From Halorussus marinus (GTDB lineage Archaea; Halobacteriota; Halobacteria; Halobacteriales; Haladaptataceae), in the NCBI RefSeq assembly GCF_004765795.1, contig NZ_SBIV01000001.1, forward strand, positions 372,001 to 436,000: DNA of 64,000 bases, read 5' to 3'. The position numbers were made by a program, and so were the translations under genes. The notes below the pieces were generated by a model. The model did no database searches. It saw nothing but the letters and a program-made list of their open reading frames with translations, and was not told where the DNA came from. Below, piece after piece: positions 37,929 through 48,100 of this stretch; the stretch's first letter is position 1, and every line of letters starts with the position of its first letter.

Positions 37929-38519
37929 ATGGTCCTCGACAGAGTCGCGGCGTGGGTCGCCAGCGCGTTCGACATAAACGGCCGACACAGCGCCGCGGTG
38001 AACGCGCTCGTCCTCGTGGTCGCGATCGCCGGGATCGCCGGCGTCGGCTACACCGCCGCGGTCTCGGAAGGCACCCACGAGTACACCGAGTTCTACCTGC
38101 TGGCCGAAAACGAGTCGGGCGAACTGGTCGCCCAGGGGTATCCGGCGTCAATCCAGTCCGAACGGCCAAACGAGTTCCACGTCGGGGTCGAGAACCACCG
38201 GAGCGAGCCGACGACCTACTCGGTCGTCGTGAAACTCCAGCGGATGTACACCGCCAACGAGACGCCGGAGGTGCTCGAAGAGGAGACCGTCACCGTCGAT
38301 CGAGTCCCGCTGGCGGCCGACGCCGGCACCGTCGAGCGACTCAACGTCTCTCCGGAGATGCGGGGCTCTGACATGCGCTTGCGATTCTTGCTCTATCCCG
38401 ACGATCCGCCCGAGAACGCCTCGATCGAGACCGCCTCCCACGAGACCCACCTCTGGCTGAACGTCACCGCGCCCGCCGAGAGCGACGCCACCGCGTCCGC
38501 GGGCCTGCCGTCGCGGTAG
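37929..38519 (+). CDS. DUF1616-like membrane-anchored protein
   Basis: One TM then YTEFYLL...A.GYP...VGVENH...RLRFLLY...HLWLNV. Confidence 0.75.
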   Translation: MVLDRVAAWVASAFDINGRHSAAVNALVLVVAIAGIAGVGYTAAVSEGTHEYTEFYLLAENESGELVAQGYPASIQSERPNEFHVGVENHRSEPTTYSVVVKLQRMYTANETPEVLEEETVTVDRVPLAADAGTVERLNVSPEMRGSDMRLRFLLYPDDPPENASIETASHETHLWLNVTAPAESDATASAGLPSR

Positions 38520-38525
38520 CGGCCC

Positions 38526-39080
38526 TCAGTTGGCCGACAGCCGGCGATACGCCAGCCGGGGCGCTTCGAGCACCGCTCGCAGTCCGGGGCGGCCGTCGGC
38601 GATCCACAGCCCGATCATGAGCGCGCCGAGCCCGAACTCGATCGCGGTGAAGGCCGAGAGTTCGAGCGTCGCCAGTTGGGCCGCGAAACTCTTCTCGCCG
38701 TAGTCGATCGCGGGCAACACGGGCCACCCGAGGAAGGTGACGTAGTAGTACTCGCCCGCGAGAAACGGACCGATCGCGTCGCCGAACAGGTGAACCAGAT
38801 AGCCGACCCCGAACGCCGTCGAGACTCGGGCGTGGCCGTACCGACGCAGGACGAACCGGATCGCGAGGACGAGCACGACCGCCGTGAAGATCGAGTGGGC
38901 CAGCGACCGGCCGTTCGGGATGACGCCGAACGTCCACGCGAGGGGTTTGTCGACGAGGTCCGGAAACTGGGTGCCGACGGCCAGCGCGAGCGTCGGATAG
39001 TCCCTGAGTCGTTCGCCCGAGACCCGAACGAGCAGCGAGTACGCCAGATACCCCGTCGCAAGATGTCCCCATGGCCACAT
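38526..39080 (-). CDS. Membrane-bound metal-dependent hydrolase (YdjM/DUF457-like)
   Basis: MWPWGH, PDLVDKP, GRSLAHS and HLFGD. Confidence 0.88.
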   Translation of the reverse strand: MWPWGHLATGYLAYSLLVRVSGERLRDYPTLALAVGTQFPDLVDKPLAWTFGVIPNGRSLAHSIFTAVVLVLAIRFVLRRYGHARVSTAFGVGYLVHLFGDAIGPFLAGEYYYVTFLGWPVLPAIDYGEKSFAAQLATLELSAFTAIEFGLGALMIGLWIADGRPGLRAVLEAPRLAYRRLSAN

Positions 39081-39244
39081 TGGTCCTCCGTACGCCGCAA
39101 CGACGCATAGGCCTTCGGGGCCGTCTAGTCGCCGAGACGACCGGCGCCACCGCGCGGTTTCCGTCCGGTAACCGCCTAACTGTGTGGTTAGCGAGCACTT
39201 ATGAGTAACTGTGAGTAAGTAGGTTACAGAAGGTGACTCAAAAG

Positions 39245-40273
39245 ATGACCACGAGTTCGGACGACGCGGACCGAGCGGCGTACGACGTCGCCGTCGTCGG
39301 CGGCGGGCCCGCGGGACTCACGACGGCGCTGTACGCGACGCGACTCGGCCACGAGACAGCGGTGTTCGACCGCGGCGGCGGCCGAGCCGCGATGATGCGA
39401 GACACCCACAACGTCGTCGGCGTCCCCGAGTCGGTCTCGGGCAACGAGTTCCTCCGGACCGCGATCGACCAACTCGAAGGCTACGGCGCGAGCTACGAGC
39501 GGGCCTTCGTCACCGGGATCGACGAGGCCGACTCGTCGCGACGGTTCGAGCTCGAAACGACCGACGGGACGGCGTTCGCCGACCGGATCGTGCTCGCGAC
39601 CGGGCTCGGCGACGGACGGCCCGACCCGCCGCTTGCCCGCACGGGTCGGGGTCTCCACTACTGTCTGCACTGTGATGCGTACATGTTCGTCGACGAGCCG
39701 GTGTACGTCATGGGGGCCGGCGAGTCGGCCGCCCGCGTCGCGATGATCATGCTCAACTTCACCGACGACGTCGACCTGCTGTTGCGGGGTGACGATCCCG
39801 AGTGGAGCGGGGAGACCGACCGCCAGCTCCGGGCCCATCCGGTCGATATCGTCGAGTCGGACGTGGTCGGGGTCACCAACGGCGAGGACGGGTGGTTAGA
39901 GAGCCTCGCGTTCGCCGACGGCACCGAGCGCGAGTACGCCGGCGGGTTCGCGATGTACGGCGCCGACTACAACAACGACCTCGCCGCGAGCCTCGGCGTC
40001 GAGATCGACGACGACGGGGCGGTCGTGGTCGACGACCACGGTCGGACGAGCCGCGACGGCGTGTACGCGGTCGGCGACCTCACGCCCGGCCACAACCAGA
40101 TCCCGGTCGCGATGGGCCAGGGCGCGAAGGCGGGGCTCGCGATCCACAAGGACCTCCGGACCTACCCCAAACCGCTCTCGGAGATCGACGGCGAGGTCGA
40201 ACCGACCGACGTTCCCGCGATGCCCGAGTCGCTCCGGAGCCGGGCCGCGAGCCGCGCCGACGCCGACGACTGA
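39245..40273 (+). CDS. trxB: Thioredoxin reductase-like NAD(P)/FAD oxidoreductase
   Basis: GGGPAG, ATG motif, YCLHCD (CxxC) and YAVGD; SD-like AGGTGA before ATG 39245. Confidence 0.85.
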   Translation: MTTSSDDADRAAYDVAVVGGGPAGLTTALYATRLGHETAVFDRGGGRAAMMRDTHNVVGVPESVSGNEFLRTAIDQLEGYGASYERAFVTGIDEADSSRRFELETTDGTAFADRIVLATGLGDGRPDPPLARTGRGLHYCLHCDAYMFVDEPVYVMGAGESAARVAMIMLNFTDDVDLLLRGDDPEWSGETDRQLRAHPVDIVESDVVGVTNGEDGWLESLAFADGTEREYAGGFAMYGADYNNDLAASLGVEIDDDGAVVVDDHGRTSRDGVYAVGDLTPGHNQIPVAMGQGAKAGLAIHKDLRTYPKPLSEIDGEVEPTDVPAMPESLRSRAASRADADD

Positions 40274-40441
40274 TCCGGCCCGGCGATCCGACGCCCACCG
40301 GTCTTTCGGAAGCGATCGCGTCTTCGACGAGGCTCACTCGTCTCGGTTTGCGCGTCGCCGAACCCGATGCTGTTCTTTGCGGGCATTTCTGCGCGATATT
40401 TTGGGAAGGAGTGTTGACTCGCCCGACCGTGGGTGAGCGTA

Positions 40442-41908
40442 ATGGAACTCCCGCGTCGTCGCGCTCGGTCGCTCGCCCTCGCGGCGGTCGCGCTTCTCGT
40501 CGTCGCGGGTCTCGCGGGCTGTCTCGGCGGCTCGGGCGGCTTCGGAGACGGGGGCTCCGGGACCGCCTCCCCCGCGTCGCCGACCGGCGCCGACGCGGTC
40601 GGCGACGACTCCGCCGGCAATCTCTCGATCCACTTTATTCACGTCGGACAGGGCGCGAGCGTCCTCGTGGTCGGGCCGACCGGAGAGACGCTGTTGTACG
40701 ACACGGGCGACTGGGAGGACGACGGCGAGCACGTCCTCGACTATCTCCGGGCGCGCAACGTGACCCGGATCGACTACCTCGTGACCTCCCACGCCGACGC
40801 CGACCACATCGGGGGCCACGCCGCGGTCATCGAGTACTTCGAGACCGAGGCCGACGGCGTCGGGGCGGTCTACGACCCCGGCGTGGCGGCCGCGACCCGG
40901 ACCTACGAGCGGTACCTCGACGCGGTCGAGGCCCACGACGTGACCCTCTACCGGGCCGCGGCCGGCGACGCAATCGCGCTCTCGGGCGCGAGCGCTCGGG
41001 TGCTCGCCCCGCCCGCGGAGGGCTTCGCGGGCGAGGACCGCAACGAGAACAGCCTCGCGCTCCGGGTCGCCCGGGGGAACGTCAGCCTCCTGCTGACCGG
41101 CGACGGCGGGTCGACCGCCGAACGCTACCTCCGGGAGCGCTACGCCGACGGGCTGAACGCGACGATCCTCGCGGCCGGCCATCACGGAAGCAACTCCAGC
41201 ACCGGGCCGGGCCTGCTCGCCGCGAGCGCGCCCCGGGTGGCGGTCGTCCAGAGCGCCTACGACTCGCCGTACGGCCACCCTCATCGGGAGGTGCTGGGGC
41301 GTCTGGCCGACCGCGGGGTCCCGACCTACTGGACCGGCGTCCACGGCACCGTGGCGTTCGAGACCGACGGGGAGCGCGTCGCGGTCCTGACTCGACGCGG
41401 GGCCCCGACCGACCCGCGCGAACTCCGGACGGCGCCCGGGGTGAGCCCGGGTTCGGAGGGCCGACTCGATCTCCGGGCCACGTTCCGGGCTCGCGGCGAA
41501 GCGCCCGCGAGCACGTCCGGTCCGACGAGGACGCCCGACGCGACGGTGGTCGCCGACGGGGGCGAGACCGCCGGCGCGCTCGAAGTCGCGGAGATCCACG
41601 CCGACGCGCGGGGCAACGATCACGAAAACCTCGACGACGAGTACGTCGTCTTCCGGAACGCCGGCGACCGCACCCTCGACCTCTCGGGGTGGACGGTCGG
41701 CGACGAGGCCGACCACGCATACGCGTTCCCGGCCGACACCGAACTCGGGCCGGGCGAGACGCTCACGCTCCACACCGGCTCCGGGACGGACGCCGACGGT
41801 CACTACTACTGGGGCGCCGACACCGCCGTCTGGAACAACGGCGGCGACACCGTTTTCGTCCGGACGCCCGAAGGCGAACTCGTGACGGAGGAGGCGTATG
41901 CTTCCTGA
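40442..41908 (+). CDS. Lipoprotein with ComEC-like MBL-fold hydrolase and lamin-tail domain
   Basis: RRR plus LAGC lipobox; HVGQG, SHADADHIGG, LTGD, GHHGS, YGHP; C-terminal EYVVFRN...LSGW...VWNNGGD. Confidence 0.88.
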   Translation: MELPRRRARSLALAAVALLVVAGLAGCLGGSGGFGDGGSGTASPASPTGADAVGDDSAGNLSIHFIHVGQGASVLVVGPTGETLLYDTGDWEDDGEHVLDYLRARNVTRIDYLVTSHADADHIGGHAAVIEYFETEADGVGAVYDPGVAAATRTYERYLDAVEAHDVTLYRAAAGDAIALSGASARVLAPPAEGFAGEDRNENSLALRVARGNVSLLLTGDGGSTAERYLRERYADGLNATILAAGHHGSNSSTGPGLLAASAPRVAVVQSAYDSPYGHPHREVLGRLADRGVPTYWTGVHGTVAFETDGERVAVLTRRGAPTDPRELRTAPGVSPGSEGRLDLRATFRARGEAPASTSGPTRTPDATVVADGGETAGALEVAEIHADARGNDHENLDDEYVVFRNAGDRTLDLSGWTVGDEADHAYAFPADTELGPGETLTLHTGSGTDADGHYYWGADTAVWNNGGDTVFVRTPEGELVTEEAYAS

Positions 41909-42185
41909 CGGGCGCTACGCCGCGGTGCTCGACCGATTCGAGGGCGAGCGGGCGGTCTTGCTCGTCGAGGACGGCGGGACGGTCCTCGACGAGTTCGCCG
42001 TCCGGACGCGTCGGCTACCGGCCGACAGCCGCCAGAACGCCGTCTTCCGGGTAACGGTCCGGAACGGCCACCTCGTCTCGGCGCGACCCGACCCCGAGGC
42101 GTCCGAGCGCCGGCTCGCCGAGGCCCAAGACCGATTCGACCGACTCGCCGAGCGCCCGCCCGACGAGTCGGACGAGGACGCCTGA
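41898..42185 (+). CDS. DUF3006-family protein
   Basis: YAAVLDRFEGERAVLLVE; overlaps the upstream gene and has a GGAGG SD. Confidence 0.8.
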   Translation: MLPDGRYAAVLDRFEGERAVLLVEDGGTVLDEFAVRTRRLPADSRQNAVFRVTVRNGHLVSARPDPEASERRLAEAQDRFDRLAERPPDESDEDA

Positions 42186-42289
42186 GTCGACGGCGTCCGG
42201 ACCAGAGTCGGGCCGCCCGCGGGTCGTGAATCGCTCCACGACTCGGTCCGTTTACGCACGCTTAAGTGTGCGCCGAGTGATCTCCGAAT

Positions 42290-42742
42290 ATGACTCGAAG
42301 AGTATCAGAGCCGGCCTCGCCCGGCGCCGACGAACGGACCCTCTACGTCGGCCGCGACCGACCGATTCGGATCAGCGCCGGCCACCGCATCCGCCACCAC
42401 GACGGCAAATGCAGTCGCCCGCACGGCCACAACTACGAGATCGCGGTGAAGATCGTCGGCGAACTCCGCGAGGAAGGGTGGGTCGTCGACAAGGGGTCGG
42501 TCACCGCTGTCGTCTCCGAGTGGGACCACCGCTTCCTCCTTGAGGCCGACGATCCCCTCGTCGAGGCGTTCGAGGCGAGCGGCGACGGCGACGCCGTCGT
42601 CGTCCTCGACGACCCGCCGACCGCCGAAGTGATGAGCGCGGTGCTCGAACGCCGGCTCGAAGCGACGCTCCCCGAGACCGTCTCGGCGGTCAGCGTGCAG
42701 GTCAGCGAGACCGCCGAGCTCTGTGGCGGCGCGGAGTTCTGA
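42290..42742 (+). CDS. queD: 6-carboxytetrahydropterin synthase
   Basis: SAGHRI..HDGKCSRPHGHNY, WDHRFL, PTAE and VSET. Confidence 0.92.
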   Translation: MTRRVSEPASPGADERTLYVGRDRPIRISAGHRIRHHDGKCSRPHGHNYEIAVKIVGELREEGWVVDKGSVTAVVSEWDHRFLLEADDPLVEAFEASGDGDAVVVLDDPPTAEVMSAVLERRLEATLPETVSAVSVQVSETAELCGGAEF

Positions 42743-42744
42743 CC

Positions 42745-43512
42745 GTGCCGGTCTCCAGCGACCTCGACGAGGCGCCCGGGGAGTCGGACGCCGACGGCCT
42801 CCCGATCAACGAACTGTTCGAATCGCTTCAGGGAGAGGGGCGGCTCGCGGGCGTCCCGAGCGTGTTCGTCCGGACCTCCGGCTGTAACCTCCGGTGTTGG
42901 TTCTGCGACTCGTATCACACCTCGTGGGAGCCGACCCACGCGACGATGAGCGTCGACGAGATCCTCGCGGAGGTGGCGTCGTACGACGCCGACCACGTCG
43001 TGCTCACGGGCGGCGAGCCGCTGATCCACGACTCGGCGGTCGACCTCCTCGACGCCCTCGACGATCGGGGGTACCACACCACAGTCGAGACCAACGGCAC
43101 CGTCTTCCGGGACGCTCCCATCGACCTCGCCAGCGTCAGCCCGAAGCTGGCGTCGAGCACCCCCACGCCAGAACGCGATCCGAAGGGCGACGGCGAGTGG
43201 GCCGAGCGCCACGACGCCCGCCGCATCGACCGCGACGCACTCGGGGCGCTGGTCGAGGCCTACGACGTCCAACTCAAGTTCGTGGTGAGCGACCGCGGGG
43301 AGATGGACGAGATCACCGATCTGGTGGCGCGGCTCCGCGAGGCGGTCGACGTTCGGATTCGGGACGCCGACGTGCTTTTGATGCCGGAGGGCGCGACCCG
43401 CGATCGGATCGAGGAGACCCGACCCGTCGCCGCCGAACTCGCCCGTGAGTACGGCTTCCGGTACACCCCGCGGCTCCACGTCAACCTCTGGAACGACGCG
43501 CCCGAGACCTAG
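42745..43512 (+). CDS. queE: 7-carboxy-7-deazaguanine synthase (radical SAM)
   Basis: SLQGEG, CNLRCWFCD, LTGGEP, VETNG, SVSPK and RLH. Confidence 0.93.
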   Translation: MPVSSDLDEAPGESDADGLPINELFESLQGEGRLAGVPSVFVRTSGCNLRCWFCDSYHTSWEPTHATMSVDEILAEVASYDADHVVLTGGEPLIHDSAVDLLDALDDRGYHTTVETNGTVFRDAPIDLASVSPKLASSTPTPERDPKGDGEWAERHDARRIDRDALGALVEAYDVQLKFVVSDRGEMDEITDLVARLREAVDVRIRDADVLLMPEGATRDRIEETRPVAAELAREYGFRYTPRLHVNLWNDAPET

Positions 43513-44354
43513 GCGAGCGAGTCGAGACAGTCGTCGTAGAACGCGACCTGATAGGTCACCCCGAACGCCGAGAGCAGGGCCGTGAGGACGACCATCGCCG
43601 CGCCGACCGCGACGAGGACGCCCGGAGCCACCTCCGGCACTCCCGTGCCCACACCCGGGCCGGCGCCGGCGCCAGCGCCCGGGGCCGGGGACTCGACGCC
43701 GGCGCCGCCGAACAGCGTGAAGAAAACGCCCAAGAGCCCGCCGACCGCGCCGATCGCGAGCGAGACGGCGGAGTACCCGAGCGCGGAGACGAGGTTCCGG
43801 CGGACGAGGCCGGCGCTCCGCTTGAACGACGCCGCGACCCCGAGGTCCGAGACGACCACCGCCGCGGCGTAAAACTGCAGGAAGAACACGGGTAGCCCCA
43901 CCGCGAGGACCCCGAGCACGCCCAGAATCGCCAGCGCGACCAGACTGGCCTCTGTGATCGCCGCCGACCCGGCGCCGACGCCCACCGCGAACGCGGCGAT
44001 CGCCGCGATCCCCAGCACGGCGCCGATGGCGCCGAACAGCACCACGAACAGGACGATCGCGGCCAGCAGTCGCAGATAGTGTTTCCGGCCGCCCGCGAGG
44101 AACGTCTCGAAGCTGGCGGTCCCGTCGAGTCCCTCTCGGGCCATCGAGAGCAGTCCGCCCGTCAGGAACGGTACGACCAACAGCGAGAGCCCCGACAGCG
44201 GAACCATCACCACCCCGGCGGTCGGCGGCGGGAGGAGGACCGACAGTCCCGTCGGGAGGAAAGAGACCAGCGTGACGACGAACGCCGCGCCGAACAGACT
44301 GCTATTTCGCGCGAGCGTCCGGCCCGTCGTGGAGAGCGACGAAATTGCACCCAT
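43509..44354 (-). CDS. Conserved haloarchaeal polytopic membrane protein
   Basis: About 6 TMs; FFLQFYAAAVV...FKRS motif. Confidence 0.75.
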   Translation of the reverse strand: MGAISSLSTTGRTLARNSSLFGAAFVVTLVSFLPTGLSVLLPPPTAGVVMVPLSGLSLLVVPFLTGGLLSMAREGLDGTASFETFLAGGRKHYLRLLAAIVLFVVLFGAIGAVLGIAAIAAFAVGVGAGSAAITEASLVALAILGVLGVLAVGLPVFFLQFYAAAVVVSDLGVAASFKRSAGLVRRNLVSALGYSAVSLAIGAVGGLLGVFFTLFGGAGVESPAPGAGAGAGPGVGTGVPEVAPGVLVAVGAAMVVLTALLSAFGVTYQVAFYDDCLDSLA

Positions 44355-44443
44355 ACGGACACGTCAGCCGTTCGTGTATTATCGCTGTCGGTTTCGGCCG
44401 CGCGACCGCATCGTTGATAGTATTCGCGTGCGAGTGGTCGAGT

Positions 44444-45145
44444 ATGACCGAGAGCACATCGAAGCGGGCCGTCGTCCTGGTCTCCGGCGGGATGGACAGC
44501 GCCACCGCCGCCTACGAGGCCCAGGCCGAGGGCTACGACCTCTACCTGTTGCACACCTCCTACGGACAGGAAACCGAGGACAAAGAGTACGAGTGCGCCG
44601 AGCGACTGGCCGAGGAAGTCGACGCCGCGGACTTCCTCCGGATCGAGACCGACCACCTCGCGGCGATCGGCGGGTCGAGCCTGACCGACGACGAGATGGA
44701 CATCGCGGACGCCGACCTCGACTCCGAGTCGGTCCCGACGTCTTACGTCCCGTTCCGGAACGCGAACCTGCTCGCGATGGCGGTGTCGTACGCCGAGGCC
44801 AACGACTGCGAGGCCGTCTTCATCGGCGCCCACACCGAGGACTTCTCGGGGTATCCGGACTGCCGGCCGGCGTTCTTCGACGCGTTTCAGGGGGTCGTCG
44901 ACGCCGGAACGAGAGACGACACCCACGTCGAGATCCGGGCGCCGTTCGCCGAGCTGTCGAAGACCGACATCGCCGAGCGCGGCGTCGAACTCGGGGTCCC
45001 CTACGAGGACACCTGGAGCTGTTACCGGGCCGAGTCGCCGGCGTGTGGCACCTGCGACGCCTGCGCGTTCCGGCTCAAGGCCTTCCAGAACGTCGGCGTC
45101 CGGGACCCGATCGAGTACGAACGGCGCCCCGAGTACGCCGACTAG
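44444..45145 (+). CDS. queC: 7-cyano-7-deazaguanine synthase
   Basis: SGGMDS, YVPFRN, YPDCRP and TWSCY...CGTCDAC. Confidence 0.95.
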   Translation: MTESTSKRAVVLVSGGMDSATAAYEAQAEGYDLYLLHTSYGQETEDKEYECAERLAEEVDAADFLRIETDHLAAIGGSSLTDDEMDIADADLDSESVPTSYVPFRNANLLAMAVSYAEANDCEAVFIGAHTEDFSGYPDCRPAFFDAFQGVVDAGTRDDTHVEIRAPFAELSKTDIAERGVELGVPYEDTWSCYRAESPACGTCDACAFRLKAFQNVGVRDPIEYERRPEYAD

Positions 45146-48100
45146 CGGTCGCCCGCCCGCCCCCGGCGCGCCGCGACCAGCAGTGCCCCGACGAGAGCGA
45201 TCAGCGCCCCGCTCGCGCCCAAGCCCAGGATCGACGCGTCGGGCGCCGACGAGTCGGTTGCGTCGGGGGCGGTTTCGACGACCGCGATCTCGACGGTCTC
45301 CCCGCCCGCGCTCGCGGTGTAGTCGCCCGCCGCGCCGATCTCCCGGACGAACGTGACCGACCGGCGCTCGCCGGCGGGCACGGCGACGGTCTCGGTCGCG
45401 ACCGCCTCGCCGAACAGTCCGAGCGCGAGTTCGCGCTGGCCGTCTTTCGCGCCGCGGTTCTCGACGCTCGCGGTGATCGCGACCCGGTCGCCGGCGTCGA
45501 TCCGGGAGGCGTTCGCCGACAGGTCGGCGACCGCGATGTCCGCGACCGGGTCGGCGACCGACACCGTCCCGACGGGCTCGCCGGCCACGGCGACCTCGTG
45601 GATGCCCGGCGCGAGCGAGCGCTCGAACGCGACCGCGGCGGTCTCCCCGCCCGGCACCTCGACCGTTTCGGTGGCGACCGGCTCGCCGTCCGCGGTCAGG
45701 TCGACCGCGAACGTCCGGGAATCGGCTCTGTCGTTGCGGACCGTCGCGTTCACCGCGATCGAATCGCTGGCCGCGACCGACTCGGCCGCGAGCGTGGCCC
45801 CGGTCACGGCGTACGGTCTGTCGGCCCCGACAGCGAGGGCACCGATCGCGTCGGCCGTGGCTCGGACCCGGACGCGCTCGCCCCGGTCGGTGACGGTCGC
45901 GTCGAGGGCCGACCACTCGCCGTCGCGGCGCTGGTACGCCGCGAGGTCGTCGGGGCCCACCCCGGCGGCGTCGAGGCGGTCGCGCGCGACCGTCGCGACG
46001 TAGACGACGCGCTCGACCGACGCGGCGTCGAGGTACTTCGCGCCGACGGCGAGGCTCCCGAACGCTTCGTCGGCCGGCAGTTCGGCCCCACCGTCGGCGC
46101 CGCGGGCGGTCTCGACCACGAAGTGCGGGTCGTCGGTCGCGAGGTCGATCTCGACCGCCCGGAACCGAAGGGCGGTCTGGTCGGCGGCGTCGGTCGCGGG
46201 CAGGTCAGCCGTGACGGTCTCGTCGCCCCGCGCGTTGCGCACGTCGACGGCGGTCGCGTTCGGGCCGCGAGCCTCGGTCTCGGTGAGGACGGACACAGAG
46301 CCGCCGCCTCCGGCGCTTCCGCCTCCGCCGCCCCCGCCGCCACTTCCGTCGGCGCTTCCACCGCTATCGCCGCCGCTTCCGCCACCACCGCCGCTTCCGC
46401 CGCCGCCACTGTCTCCTATCGCCTGCTCCTCGGTGACTCGGACGCCGACGGCCGCCGCGGTGTCGTCGTTGCCCGCGCCGTCGACGACGGTGACCGTCGC
46501 GTTGTACGACCCCGGTTCGCCGTAGGCGTGGTCGACGCGCGCCGCGTCCGTGGTTCGGGTCTCCCCGTCGCCGAACGTCCACCGGTACTCGGCGACGCCA
46601 CGGTCGTCGCTGCTGTTCGTCGCGTCGAAGGTCACGTCGTCGCCGACGCTCGCCTGCTCGTCCTCGACCGAGAGGGCGGCGGTCGGCGTCGTTCGGTCCG
46701 GTCCCAACACCCGCACTCTGGCGGCGGTCCGGTTGGCGTTGCCCGCCCGGTCGGTCGCGGTCAGGGTCACCGTGTAGTTGCCCGGGTCGTCGTAGCTGTG
46801 GTTCGCGGTCGGCCCCCGGGCGGTCGCCCCGTCACCGAACGCCCACCGGTAGCCCGCGATCCGGCTCCGATCGGCGGCCGATCCCTCGACGTCGAGCGTC
46901 GCGTCGACTCCGACCGCGTCGGGGACCGTGGCGCTCACGTTCGGCGGCCGAGCGCGGACGACCTCGACGGTCGCGTTGGCGGTGGCGGCGTTGCCGGCGG
47001 CGTCGGTGACGGTCACGGTCGCGGTGTAGGTCCCCGGCTCGTCGTAGATGTGGCTCGCGGTCTCGCCCGAGCCGGTCGACCCGTCGCCGAACGCCCACCG
47101 ATAGCTCGCGATCCGGCGGTCGTCGGTCGCGTCGGCGGCGTCGAGGGTGACGCTCGCGCCGGCTTCGACGGTCGATGGGTCGACGCTGGCCGCGGCCGTC
47201 GGCGGGGTCTCGTCGGGCGCCAGCACCTCGACGTCGACCGTCGCGGTCGCCGCGTTGCCCCCCTCGTCGGTCGCTTCGAGCGCGACCTCGTAGCTCCCCG
47301 CGGCGTCGAACCGGTGGGTCACCGTCTCGCCGGTCGCGGTCGCGTTGTCGCCGAACGCCCACCGATAGGTGTCGATCCCGGTGTCGTCGGTGGTGTTTCC
47401 GGCGTCGAAGACGAACTGCTCGCCCCGGACGGGGTCGGCCGGCGCCGCCACCTCGATCGTCGGCGCGGGCGGCTCGTCGGCCCCGACCGACACCGAAACG
47501 GTCGCGGTGTCCTCGGAGCCGCCGCGGTCGACGGCGGTCACGCTCGCCTCGTAGGTCCCGCTCTCGTTGTAGACGTACCCCGTCCGGGGCCCGTCGGTCG
47601 TTCGCTCGATCTCGCCGTCGCCGTCGAGGTCCCACCGGTAGCTCGCGACCCCCACGTCGTCGACGGTGGCGGTCGCGTCGAGGACGGTCCGGAACCCCTC
47701 GGTCGGCGCGTCGGTCGCGACAGTGACGGCCGCCTCCGGGGGCGCGTCCGCCTCGACGGTGACGTTCGCGGCCGCGGCGTCGGTGTTGCCCGCGGCGTCG
47801 GCGACGGTCACCCGAGCCCGGTACTCGCCGGGGTCGTCGTAGACGTGATCGATCGACGGCGTCGACGTGGTCCGCTCGACCTCGCCGTCGCCGTCGACGT
47901 CCCACCGGTACTCGGCGACGCCCCGGTCGTCGCTCGCGCCGCTCGCGTCGAGCGAGACCGGAACTCCGGCCACGCCGTCGCCCGCGACGAGCGCGGCGTC
48001 GGGCGCCGACGAGTCGGTACAGCTCCCGGCTCGGATCGTGATCGGTCGGCTCATCCGGAGGTCGGTCGTCGCGGGATCGTCGACGCTCCCCGAGAGGAAC

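Noticed and set aside
40442..45145. 7-deazaguanine DNA-modification (dpd) system suggested by a nuclease gene beside queDEC
   Set aside because: No dpdA/TGT-like or other dpd genes are present; queCDE are expected for tRNA archaeosine, and the MBL protein is an exported lipoprotein
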